Notes: generated by a model from the sequence alone, not told the origin. A stretch of 64,000 bases of DNA from a virus (IMGVR_UViG_2974549060_000001:11765-75764), one strand, 5' to 3'. Numbered from the stretch's first letter, positions 44,890 through 52,432 are shown. Numbers and translations: made by a program.

Positions 44890-45128
44890 AGGAATAACTC
44901 CTCTAAATCAGTGGATGGTTCAAACTTAAGGGATACCATTGCAGTCATAGGCTGTACCTCTGGCTCAATACCCGATAAGACTTGTGTTCGGATTTGAGAC
45001 AGTACATCTTCCCTCGTTAACTCAGTAACAAGGTCAGTGATATTTAATTCGATAGTACCGTCTTTAATATAACGGCGAAGGATGACTTCATGAACGGCCA
45101 TAGGATTTAGTCCAGTTGGAAAACTCAT
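44886..45128 (-). CDS. small early protein, RTxxLL-motif family
   Basis: ELTREDVLSQIRTQVLSG. Confidence 0.65.
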   Translation of the reverse strand: MSFPTGLNPMAVHEVILRRYIKDGTIELNITDLVTELTREDVLSQIRTQVLSGIEPEVQPMTAMVSLKFEPSTDLEELFL

Positions 45129-45131
45129 AAA

Positions 45132-45148
45132 TATGGCCGGAGGCCATA
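45132..45148 (-). promoter_or_regulatory. GGA-triloop hairpin, vRNAP promoter-like
   Basis: TATGGCC-GGA-GGCCATA; same 13-nt core as 36057-36069; predicted +1 is not a pyrimidine on the template. Confidence 0.45.
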
Positions 45149-45150
45149 AA

Positions 45151-45177
45151 AAATAAGATAACCCCCGAAGGGGTTAT
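45151..45177 (-). terminator. intrinsic terminator
   Basis: ATAACCCC-TTCG-GGGGTTATCTTATTTTTT. Confidence 0.8.
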
Positions 45178-45344
45178 TTGGATTTAAATGGGGTGAGTAA
45201 GCAGGACAGCAGGAAACAGCAGAAGCCGAATACGAGAATGAACGCCGTGAATGCCAGTTCAGCAATGAACATGACAATGGCGAATATAAACGGCAGCAGG
45301 CCAGTGAAGTAAAGTACGACCAGTACGATCAGGAATGTGAGCAT
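45174..45344 (-). CDS. 56-aa very hydrophobic membrane protein
   Basis: Not in the ORF track; MLTFLIVLVVLYFTGLLPFIFAIVMFIAELAFTAFILVFGFCCFLLSCLLTPFKSK. Confidence 0.7.
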   Translation of the reverse strand: MLTFLIVLVVLYFTGLLPFIFAIVMFIAELAFTAFILVFGFCCFLLSCLLTPFKSK

Positions 45345-45487
45345 TTATACACCCTTAAATGTAATGGTTAAATAAACAATATCGACTGGATTGATATTTT
45401 TAATCCAGTTGCCTAAGTTAATAAAGGAGTTAAACTCAGCTTCCTGTTTCGCTCCATAATCTATGTAAGTCATAAATTCCACATTAA

Positions 45488-45838
45488 TCATTCGGATGTT
45501 ACCTCTTTCCAGTATTGCATATTGAGATAGCCACCACCGGCTATATGTTTAACAATCTTATCTAACGTATGTTCAACCTGAGCTTTCAACTCTGGCTTAC
45601 AGCCTTCGCGATACTCGGCTGAGTATGCAAGATAATACTCAACACCATAAATGGTTACTTCGATACGGTTGGTGTAATACTGCTGTCCCAGATGCGTTTG
45701 CATCAGGCGACGAGCAATACGTGGATATGTCAAAGCACGATCGTGTTCACGCTCAAGCCTGATTTCGAAGCCCTGTTTACGGGCTTCTACGATAGTTTGA
45801 TGCAGGGCATCAATGTCGTGAATCATGTTAGCCATCAT
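45488..45838 (-). CDS. hypothetical early protein
   Basis: 116-aa ORF. Confidence 0.65.
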   Translation of the reverse strand: MMANMIHDIDALHQTIVEARKQGFEIRLEREHDRALTYPRIARRLMQTHLGQQYYTNRIEVTIYGVEYYLAYSAEYREGCKPELKAQVEHTLDKIVKHIAGGGYLNMQYWKEVTSE

Positions 45839-45942
45839 TCGTTACGCCCCTTCTGCATAGCAGTGCCGATACGGATAACCAGCACTGTTACGATTGCAGA
45901 CAGAGTAGCGTAGATACCTAAGCCGATTAAGAATGTAGTCAT
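45835..45942 (-). CDS. 35-aa single-TM peptide
   Basis: Not in the ORF track; MTTFLIGLGIYATLSAIVTVLVIRIGTAMQKGRNE; RBS GAGG; ATGA coupling. Confidence 0.65.
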   Translation of the reverse strand: MTTFLIGLGIYATLSAIVTVLVIRIGTAMQKGRNE

Positions 45943-45976
45943 GATTAATACCTCTGGTTTAATAGGATTCACCCGA

Positions 45977-45989
45977 CGTGCTATGCACG
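45977..45989 (-). promoter_or_regulatory. triloop hairpin promoter candidate
   Basis: CGTGC-TAT-GCACG; C at the predicted +1. Confidence 0.5.
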
Positions 45990-46004
45990 CCAGGCTTTGA
46001 TTAT

Positions 46005-46505
46005 TTATGCACGGATGACACGGATATCATCCGGCATCAGTTCACCAATGTGAGTAGCAGCACACCACACTGCGTTATGTTCACCGTCTTCCATTACCTT
46101 CTGTAATTTGTTACGGCTACCATAGGCCCAGGTCATAGCTACATAGAACTCTGCACCATCTTCCAGTTCACCGAAGGTGAGTGTCTCAACAGGGACAGGA
46201 ATGCGGCTCTCTGCACTCAGGTCAGGCGTAGTGAGCGTAGACGCATCAACTACAGGCAGACTGAGTTCAAACGCTCTGAGAGCGATACAGGAGCTTTTAG
46301 GGCCAGTGTTCTCTTCGATGTACTGAAGTATGTCACTCCACCCTTCGAACACATAGTCGTTGTTATTGTCATACAGTGTTAACCAGTCGAAGTCTGATTC
46401 TCGATGACCATGTAACCATTCAGACAGAGCTGTAAGGTCAGTGAACTCTTTATCGACTGACTGAGTATCGTCAATGAACTTAACTTCTAATACGAGTGTA
46501 GACAT
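46005..46505 (-). CDS. hypothetical early protein
   Basis: Start moved to MSTLVLEV (RBS GGAG). Confidence 0.65.
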   Translation of the reverse strand: MSTLVLEVKFIDDTQSVDKEFTDLTALSEWLHGHRESDFDWLTLYDNNNDYVFEGWSDILQYIEENTGPKSSCIALRAFELSLPVVDASTLTTPDLSAESRIPVPVETLTFGELEDGAEFYVAMTWAYGSRNKLQKVMEDGEHNAVWCAATHIGELMPDDIRVIRA

Positions 46506-46539
46506 AGCTGTAACTCCATAGTGAATTAGATAATCACTT

Positions 46540-46556
46540 ATAGTGCTATGCACTAT
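46540..46556 (-). promoter_or_regulatory. triloop hairpin promoter candidate
   Basis: ATAGTGC-TAT-GCACTAT; C at the predicted +1. Confidence 0.5.
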
Positions 46557-46559
46557 TAC

Positions 46560-46980
46560 CGGTCGTATACCTACGGTACTACGTACCTACGGTATACTCC
46601 CTGTATACACATAGTACATACTATGTAAGGTATACATATAGATAAGGTAAATACAGAGATAGTATATAGGGTAGGTATAGGTATAAGTATGATAGTAGAT
46701 AGGGTATAGGAGATAGAGATATAACTTAAACAGTTAGTAAGTAAGTAGTAACTAAGTAGTGTTATGTCTAGTAAGTGTCTATGTCTTTACTATAAACCTG
46801 TGTCAATGGTTATGTATAAGAACGTTTTGGACTAAGTGTGTATAGGATTATAATTATATAGAATAAGCATATGATTTATGACCGTCATACCTAGCGCGAG
46901 TAAAAGCTGTAAAGTTTTGGTAACTTGTAGCGCACCTTACTGTCTACAGGTTGGTTGTGTAATGTGTAATTGTGTAGAAA
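46560..46980. repeat. AT-rich, low-complexity non-coding tract near the probable genome terminus
   Basis: TACCTACGGTA twice (46568, 46584); many GGTATAG/AGATAG/TAAGTAG micro-repeats; no ORFs. Confidence 0.7.
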
Positions 46981-46982
46981 AG

Positions 46983-47007
46983 AATAAGCCTACTCCGAAG
47001 AGTAGGC
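46983..47007 (-). terminator. intrinsic terminator
   Basis: GCCTACTC-TTCG-GAGTAGGCTTATTCTTTT. Confidence 0.8.
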
Positions 47008-47014
47008 ATAGTGA

Positions 47015-47263
47015 TTACTTATTAGCTGGTGCAGCAAGAGCAGCCAGTTGATTATCCAGCTCATGCTTAGCTGCGTTGTAGATCATCTGGTCTCTAATCT
47101 CGATGAGTTCACCGAAGCGAGTAGCTTTGTTCTCACATACTTTAGCCAGCTCATTACCTGCATTAGCCAGACGATTGACAGCAGTAGCAGTAGTGGTAAC
47201 AGTGGATACGGTTGCAACAACAGCACCAGTAAGAGCAGCGAACAGACCAATTGGTTGAGACAT
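47015..47263 (-). CDS. first early gene, possibly N4 gp1-like
   Basis: Start MSQPIGLF (RBS GGAG); amphipathic Ala/Thr helix; first position in the early region. Confidence 0.5.
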   Translation of the reverse strand: MSQPIGLFAALTGAVVATVSTVTTTATAVNRLANAGNELAKVCENKATRFGELIEIRDQMIYNAAKHELDNQLAALAAPANK

Positions 47264-47435
47264 AAGTAATACTCCATAGCTATAGGATGCGGCAGGATTG
47301 CCATGACATGGCCTATGGCCAAGTTGTGTAAGGCAGAGTAAGAATCCTTTTTCAGCCAGCACTATGCGGGGGGTATCCACCCAAATCTACAGCCAGAGTA
47401 GTAAGTTGAGCATCCGTACTTAATTAATAAAAAGT

Positions 47436-47663
47436 TTAAAAAGTTTTGGCTTTATAATTTTTACCAATTAGCACTGCACATTGACGGATGCTACTTATAG
47501 ATAACACCCGTTGCCTACCAGTTTTTAAATCTGTTACATCACATGTACCAGTCCAGCAATAGTCGATACGATAAACACGCGTACCTCTTGCTGCTACAAT
47601 ACGGATAACTAAACCTGGGCATAGGAAGGTTTCAGTCATCGTATTCCTAGGAAAGTGCCTCAT
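47436..47663 (-). CDS. hypothetical protein
   Basis: 75-aa ORF at the strand junction. Confidence 0.5.
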   Translation of the reverse strand: MRHFPRNTMTETFLCPGLVIRIVAARGTRVYRIDYCWTGTCDVTDLKTGRQRVLSISSIRQCAVLIGKNYKAKTF

Positions 47664-47692
47664 AAAAAATCCTCACATAAAATTTTTAAAAT

Positions 47693-48439
47693 TTGCCCAA
47701 CCTTTTCAGCTTACATATACTCTGGCTTAAAACCTATAGGGAACCTAAAGATATGGTTAAGCTAACTCTTGAAGAACTTAAACTGTCCCTGCCGGATGGT
47801 GTGCGTAAGACTGTCACTGATGAAGTGCTGAATGGTGTGAATGCTGCGGTAGCTGACCCAGCCTTTTATGAGTATTACCGTAACAACCTGTTAAGTTATG
47901 GGCATGTGCTCAAGGAAGGTAAGTTCAGCGTTAAGCAGTATACGTCTGCCGTGCAGTACGTTAGTTATAAGCTGATGGGCTTAACTAACCAGGAAGCGTG
48001 GATGAAGACGTTTCCCCAGAAGTATCAGTATTTCGCACAGCAGGGAACCAGTGCGAAAGTTATCTCCAGTTATGTCCATGCGTATCATAATACGAAGCTG
48101 GTTAACCTTGTCATGGAGCAGGCGATTGTTCCTATCCATGTGGTAGGCCGCGACCTTTTCTGGAAGGCACTGAACGTACAGGCCGAGCTTATGCAGACCG
48201 CCGTATCAGAGAAGGTACGCAGCGATGCTGCGAACAGCGTACTGAACACGTTGCGCCCACCTGAGACTAAGAAACTGGAGCTGGACGTAACCCATAAGGA
48301 CGATGGTACACTGGAATCATTACGTCAGGCGACCCAGGCGCTGGTAGACCAACAGGCAGACGCCATTGCCAACGGCACGGCAACGGCCGGTCAGATAGCC
48401 GCGTATCGCGTCATTGAAGCGGAGAAGGTCGATGAGTAA
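47693..48439 (+). CDS. terminase small subunit (N4 gp69-like); start probably MVKL at 47753
   Basis: Directly upstream of terL; AVSEKVRSDAANSVLNTLRPPE pattern. Confidence 0.8.
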   Translation: MPNLFSLHILWLKTYREPKDMVKLTLEELKLSLPDGVRKTVTDEVLNGVNAAVADPAFYEYYRNNLLSYGHVLKEGKFSVKQYTSAVQYVSYKLMGLTNQEAWMKTFPQKYQYFAQQGTSAKVISSYVHAYHNTKLVNLVMEQAIVPIHVVGRDLFWKALNVQAELMQTAVSEKVRSDAANSVLNTLRPPETKKLELDVTHKDDGTLESLRQATQALVDQQADAIANGTATAGQIAAYRVIEAEKVDE

Positions 48440-48605
48440 ACCAGAACTGATAATCATGGGCATAGGCGTGCTGGCATTCCTAGCTGGCCTCTTTCTTGCC
48501 TGGCTTCAAAGACGTTGCCACCACAAACACTTCCTGGTTCGCACCGGGCAGGGTGGCATACGCATCCTGTCATGCTCTAAGTGTGGGAAAATAAAATATG
48601 AATAA
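48432..48605 (+). CDS. small TM plus zinc-ribbon protein
   Basis: Hydrophobic N-terminus; CHH..CSKCGK. Confidence 0.55.
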   Translation: MSKPELIIMGIGVLAFLAGLFLAWLQRRCHHKHFLVRTGQGGIRILSCSKCGKIKYE

Positions 48606-50211
48606 CGTGGTAATGGGTGAACAGATTACCACCCGTACCGTAGATAGCTGGCTGGCTGACGTTGACTATATCGACGACCCGACTTACCAGCCGTCCCGGT
48701 TCGCGTTGGAATTTATTCTGTTCATCAAAATGGTAAATGGTGGGCAGGGGGAGGAAAACAAATCCCCCGTGCTGCATTATAAAATGCTCGATCAGGTTGT
48801 GTCCGGCGACACCCGTATCGCCAACATGATTCACCGTGGTGCCGCTAAGACAACCATCATGGGTGAATACCTGTTCCTGTATATCGGCGTGCATGGGGAG
48901 ATCCCAGGCTTCGGTAAAATTGAACTGGCCCTGTACGTGTCGGACTCTATTGATAACGGCGTGAAGAACATGCGTAAGAACCTGGAGTTCCGCTACGAGA
49001 ACAGCCCGTTCTTGCAGCAGTACATCCCGGTAGCGAAGTTCACCGATATCCGTTGGGAGTTCCAGAATGTCAACGGCAATAAGTTCGTGGTCAAGGGGTA
49101 CGGGGCGAAGACCGGCGTTCGTGGTACGAAAGAAATGGGTAAACGTCCCCGCCTGGCGGTACTTGATGACCTGGTTTCGGATGAGGACGCCCGTTCGCCT
49201 ACTGTTATCTCGGCCATTGAGGACACCATCTACAAGGCGGTGGAGTACGCCCTCCACCCTGAACGAAACATGATGATTTGGTCGGGCACACCGTTTAACG
49301 CATCCGATCCACTGTACAAAGCAGTCGAATCCGGGGCGTGGTCTGTCAACGTGTACCCAGTATGCGAACGTTTCCCGTGTGCCAAAGAAGATTTCCGGGG
49401 TAGCTGGCCTGACCGTTTCCCATATGAGTACGTTAAACGCCAGTACGATAAGGCGTTAAAGGCCGGGATGATTGCGATGTTTAACCAGGAGCTGATGCTC
49501 CGAATCATGTCCGACGAAGACCGACTGATTGCCGATGGCGATATTCGTTGGTATCGACGTGAGCTGATCTTGAACAACCCCAGTATTTTTAACTTCTACA
49601 TCACCACCGACTTTGCTACCGGCGAGAAGCAGGCGAATGACTACTCGGTCATTTCTGTCTGGGCCTATAACAATAACGGTGACTGGTTCTGGGTAGATGG
49701 GATCGCCAAGCGTCAGGACATGGGTAAAAACCTGGATGACCTGTTCCGGTTTAACGCCAAGTACAAGCCTATCTCGGTAGGCGTCGAAGTCTCCGGCCAG
49801 CAGCAGGGCTTTATCACCTGGATTCAGGAACGCATGGTGAAGATGAATAACTTCTTCACTCTGGCTTCGAATGAGAACTCAAACCAGCCTGGTATCAGAC
49901 CGAACACGAATAAACTGCAACGCTTTAACGTTGTGGTGCCGTGGTTCAAGGCTGGCAAGATGTACTTTCCCGAAGAGATGAAGAACAGCCCGGCCCTGAT
50001 CGAGATGATGGAAGAACTTAAGTTGGCCTCGGTTGGCGGATTCAAGTCCAAGCATGACGACTCTATCGACACCATCTCCATGCTCGCCAGCATGAAAGCA
50101 TGGAAGCCCAGCGAGGAAAGTACGCAACTTACCTGGGAGGATGGTAATATTTGGGATCAGAAAGTCGATGACGGTTGGGGCGATAGTGGCCTTAACTCCT
50201 ACCTACCGTGA
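48598..50211 (+). CDS. terL: terminase large subunit (N4 gp68-like)
   Basis: HRGAAKTT, AVLDDL, SGTP, TDFATG, HDDSID. Confidence 0.95.
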   Translation: MNNVVMGEQITTRTVDSWLADVDYIDDPTYQPSRFALEFILFIKMVNGGQGEENKSPVLHYKMLDQVVSGDTRIANMIHRGAAKTTIMGEYLFLYIGVHGEIPGFGKIELALYVSDSIDNGVKNMRKNLEFRYENSPFLQQYIPVAKFTDIRWEFQNVNGNKFVVKGYGAKTGVRGTKEMGKRPRLAVLDDLVSDEDARSPTVISAIEDTIYKAVEYALHPERNMMIWSGTPFNASDPLYKAVESGAWSVNVYPVCERFPCAKEDFRGSWPDRFPYEYVKRQYDKALKAGMIAMFNQELMLRIMSDEDRLIADGDIRWYRRELILNNPSIFNFYITTDFATGEKQANDYSVISVWAYNNNGDWFWVDGIAKRQDMGKNLDDLFRFNAKYKPISVGVEVSGQQQGFITWIQERMVKMNNFFTLASNENSNQPGIRPNTNKLQRFNVVVPWFKAGKMYFPEEMKNSPALIEMMEELKLASVGGFKSKHDDSIDTISMLASMKAWKPSEESTQLTWEDGNIWDQKVDDGWGDSGLNSYLP

Positions 50212-50219
50212 GGTGAGGC

Positions 50220-51125
50220 ATGAAATTAAGATTGTCCGATGTACTGGATAACCTGCTTTACGGCGAGTTCGCTCAGACGGGGTGGGCACAAGATGGTGAG
50301 TTCAGCATTGCTAACGTGAACAAGATCATCGTGTTGCTTAACTCGGCCCTGGCCGATATCTCGTCCCGCTTCTGGATTAAACGTAAAGAGGTATACCTTC
50401 AAACCTGCAAAGGGAAAACGCTGTACGTGATCGACAACTCGGTCGCAAGCCAGCAGATGAAATTGCAGGGTGGCAACAGTGGATTGAAGACCAGTACTGG
50501 GGAAGTCTGGGAAGACGACCTCCAATCCATCTATGAGATCTATGATTGCAACGGTAATGAGCTGCATATCGCGCACGACGTAGGTTCGCCGCACGTCAGT
50601 GCAGGGCGAACCTGCAAGTGCGGTAATAAGCTGACACCTGACGAACTGGATGACATGTGCTTCCCGTGCCGACAGAAACGCTTTAAGCAGACCATTGATA
50701 AACCAGCAACAATCACTACCCGCTACCATTCCTACGGTACGCCTAACATTCGTCCGGGCGACAGTGGGTCAGTGCAACTGGCTGCGTATAACACCATCCG
50801 TATCCCGGATGATATGCCAGCTCAGAAGCTGCGGATTATTTACCGGGCAGCAGCTAAGCCAGTGAAGAAGATTGTAGATAATAACTTATACGATCCGACA
50901 CGTATCTTTATCGACGTACCGTATGAGTATCTGCAAGCGATTCTCAACTTTATCGCATCGCGTAAGTTCAACTCGAATAAGTCTGGGGTACAGGGCGGTA
51001 TGCACGAGGGGAACAACTACTACCAGAAATACATCGCTGCTTGCACGCTTCTGCAAGACCAGGGTTCTGGTGTGGAGCCGGTCGGTAATAACGGCAGTAA
51101 GTTTGAAGATAGCGGTTTCGTGTAA
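50220..51125 (+). CDS. virion head-tail adaptor-like protein (N4 gp67-like)
   Basis: MKLRLSDVLDNLLYGEF..GNNYYQKYIAAC; synteny. Confidence 0.7.
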   Translation: MKLRLSDVLDNLLYGEFAQTGWAQDGEFSIANVNKIIVLLNSALADISSRFWIKRKEVYLQTCKGKTLYVIDNSVASQQMKLQGGNSGLKTSTGEVWEDDLQSIYEIYDCNGNELHIAHDVGSPHVSAGRTCKCGNKLTPDELDDMCFPCRQKRFKQTIDKPATITTRYHSYGTPNIRPGDSGSVQLAAYNTIRIPDDMPAQKLRIIYRAAAKPVKKIVDNNLYDPTRIFIDVPYEYLQAILNFIASRKFNSNKSGVQGGMHEGNNYYQKYIAACTLLQDQGSGVEPVGNNGSKFEDSGFV

Positions 51126-51126
51126 T

Positions 51127-51157
51127 AAAAAAACCCCCTTAATCGGGGGCTTTCTTT
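51127..51157. terminator. bidirectional terminator
   Basis: A-tract, CCCCC/GGGGG stem, T-tract; between convergent genes. Confidence 0.75.
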
Positions 51158-51531
51158 TAGATGGTACAACCACCGCCTTCACATTTGCTGTTCTCAGCAA
51201 AACCGGCCAGAGCTTTGGCAGTCTCGTCTTTCTCCCACATCGCCTGACGCAGCAGATAACCTTCAACCTCCCAGATCTTCTCAAAGGCATTTTCATAGGC
51301 ATACGCCTTACCTTTCTCTTCATCGTAGTTGGCCGGATCAACGCAGGCTGACACACCTTCTACTTTGAAGCCATTCTCCAGGATAATGATGCAGAGAGTT
51401 ACCAGCTTGAGGTTGTCAAGGACAGCCTGATCGGTTGTACCGCCATCAGTGGCTTCAACGCCAGAACCAACGTTAAGATAAACGACAGACTTAATCTTCG
51501 CTTCGATGGATTCTTTACTTACAGTTGCCAT
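51157..51531 (-). CDS. acb2: Acb2-like anti-CBASS nucleotide sponge (Phage_gp49_66 family)
   Basis: TLCIIILENGFKVEGVSACVDPANYDEEKGKAYAYENAFEKIWEVEGYLL; start MATVSK with RBS GAGG. Confidence 0.8.
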   Translation of the reverse strand: MATVSKESIEAKIKSVVYLNVGSGVEATDGGTTDQAVLDNLKLVTLCIIILENGFKVEGVSACVDPANYDEEKGKAYAYENAFEKIWEVEGYLLRQAMWEKDETAKALAGFAENSKCEGGGCTI

Positions 51532-51554
51532 AAATTCCTCAGTGTTCATAACGG

Positions 51555-51578
51555 AAAAAGCCCCACCGAAGTGGGGCT
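51555..51578 (-). terminator. intrinsic terminator
   Basis: AGCCCCAC-TTCG-GTGGGGCTTTTT. Confidence 0.85.
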
Positions 51579-51581
51579 ATT

Positions 51582-51735
51582 CCAGGCTTGGAGGTCTGGG
51601 TACACAAGATTACTTTGCAGACTGGGCTGATTAGGCACCGTACCCTTTACTCAGGCTCATGGTAGTTTTGAGTCCCCCATGAGAGACAACCTTGTCGGGT
51701 GTTTCCAACCTTTACGCACGAGGCGCAACGACGGG
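51582..51735 (-). ncRNA. candidate structured ncRNA
   Basis: ORF-free; stems CTCATGG/CCATGAG and GGGTAC/GTACCC; ends at its own terminator. Confidence 0.35.
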
Positions 51736-51738
51736 AAC

Positions 51739-51984
51739 TTATAAACCAGCCTTGATAACTTCTAACTGGCTTTTCATCATCACCCAGAATACGGCTGGTA
51801 TCTTCTCGTAACCGAGGTTGATAAACATATCGCGTATCTGAATGTTATGAATACGTTTGGCTACAAGCAGACTACAACATCTGAGCTTATCGTCAACGGG
51901 TTCGTTATACTTTTTTGCCATAGCAATGCAGAGGTCTACCGTATTCACGGCATCAAGGAACTCATCAATAGGATCGGGGAACAT
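51739..51984 (-). CDS. hypothetical protein
   Basis: Start moved to MFPDPIDEF, downstream of the tRNA-like element. Confidence 0.5.
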   Translation of the reverse strand: MFPDPIDEFLDAVNTVDLCIAMAKKYNEPVDDKLRCCSLLVAKRIHNIQIRDMFINLGYEKIPAVFWVMMKSQLEVIKAGL

Positions 51985-52016
51985 GTTTGTTACTCTGGTT
52001 TGGGGAAGGTATGAAT

Positions 52017-52099
52017 TGGATGGGGTATCTGGATTCGAACCAGAGAATGCCGATATCAAAGACCGGTAAAGCAGTATGCTTCACCGTTTAGCTATCCCA
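52017..52099 (-). tRNA. degenerate tRNA-Gln(UUG), probable pseudo-tRNA
   Basis: 3' half CCGGT-CTTTGAT-ATCGG CATTC TCTGG-TTCGAAT-CCAGA TACCCCA T CCA; 5' half has an apparent 2-nt deletion and a 10-nt insertion. Confidence 0.75.
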
Positions 52100-52100
52100 T

Positions 52101-52207
52101 CTTATTAATTAAGACACCCTGCCAAAGTGACGATCCAGTGAGGCTGGCGATGGCACATTGAGATTAGGGTATGAGCCTGTTCAATGTTGGGTATCCTAAT
52201 TAATAAG
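52101..52207 (-). ncRNA. candidate structured ncRNA closed by a 19-bp stem
   Basis: CTTATTAATTAGGATACCC ... GGGTGTCTTAATTAATAAG (2 G-U pairs on the minus strand), with internal stems. Confidence 0.5.
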
Positions 52208-52409
52208 CCCCCTGTAAAGCCGGGGGCAACTCCGAGTTCGGTAATCTGGTTCTAGTTCCAGAGCACTCCAGGTATTAATCCTTCGTGCGGGTCAGGGACA
52301 CTGCCCTGGTTTCCAAAGTTATTTTCCCTACGGTATGGTCAGTACGTTCTCAGGCGCTGGCAGTCGCTCGCTTCTAAGCATCAACACACGCGTAAATGTG
52401 TTCAGGTTT

Positions 52410-52432
52410 AAAAGCTCCCTCCGAAGAGGGAG
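52410..52432 (-). terminator. intrinsic terminator
   Basis: CTCCCTC-TTCG-GAGGGAGCTTTT. Confidence 0.75.

Noticed and set aside
46560-46980. Possible CRISPR-like or iteron array
   Set aside because: The repeats are short, irregular micro-repeats with no constant repeat-spacer period.
51640-51712. Hammerhead-like arrangement on the minus strand (GAAAC ... GTC ... stem ... CTGAGTA)
   Set aside because: The core reads CUGAGUA rather than CUGANGA (no C3-G8 pair), the first stem I pair is U-C, and stem II cannot form. Kept only as part of the ncRNA candidate.
51739-52059. 106-aa ORF as given in the track
   Set aside because: Its first 25 codons overlap the tRNA-like element; only the part from M at 51984 is kept.
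52064-52082. AAGCA-GTA-TGCTT triloop as a vRNAP promoter
   Set aside because: The closing pair is A-T rather than C-G, and it lies inside the tRNA-like element far from early genes.
52244-52270. Plus-strand TCTGG-TTCTAGTT-CCAGA-GCACT-CCA resembling a tRNA 3' end
   Set aside because: The acceptor strand is too short and there is no matching 5' half or anticodon arm.
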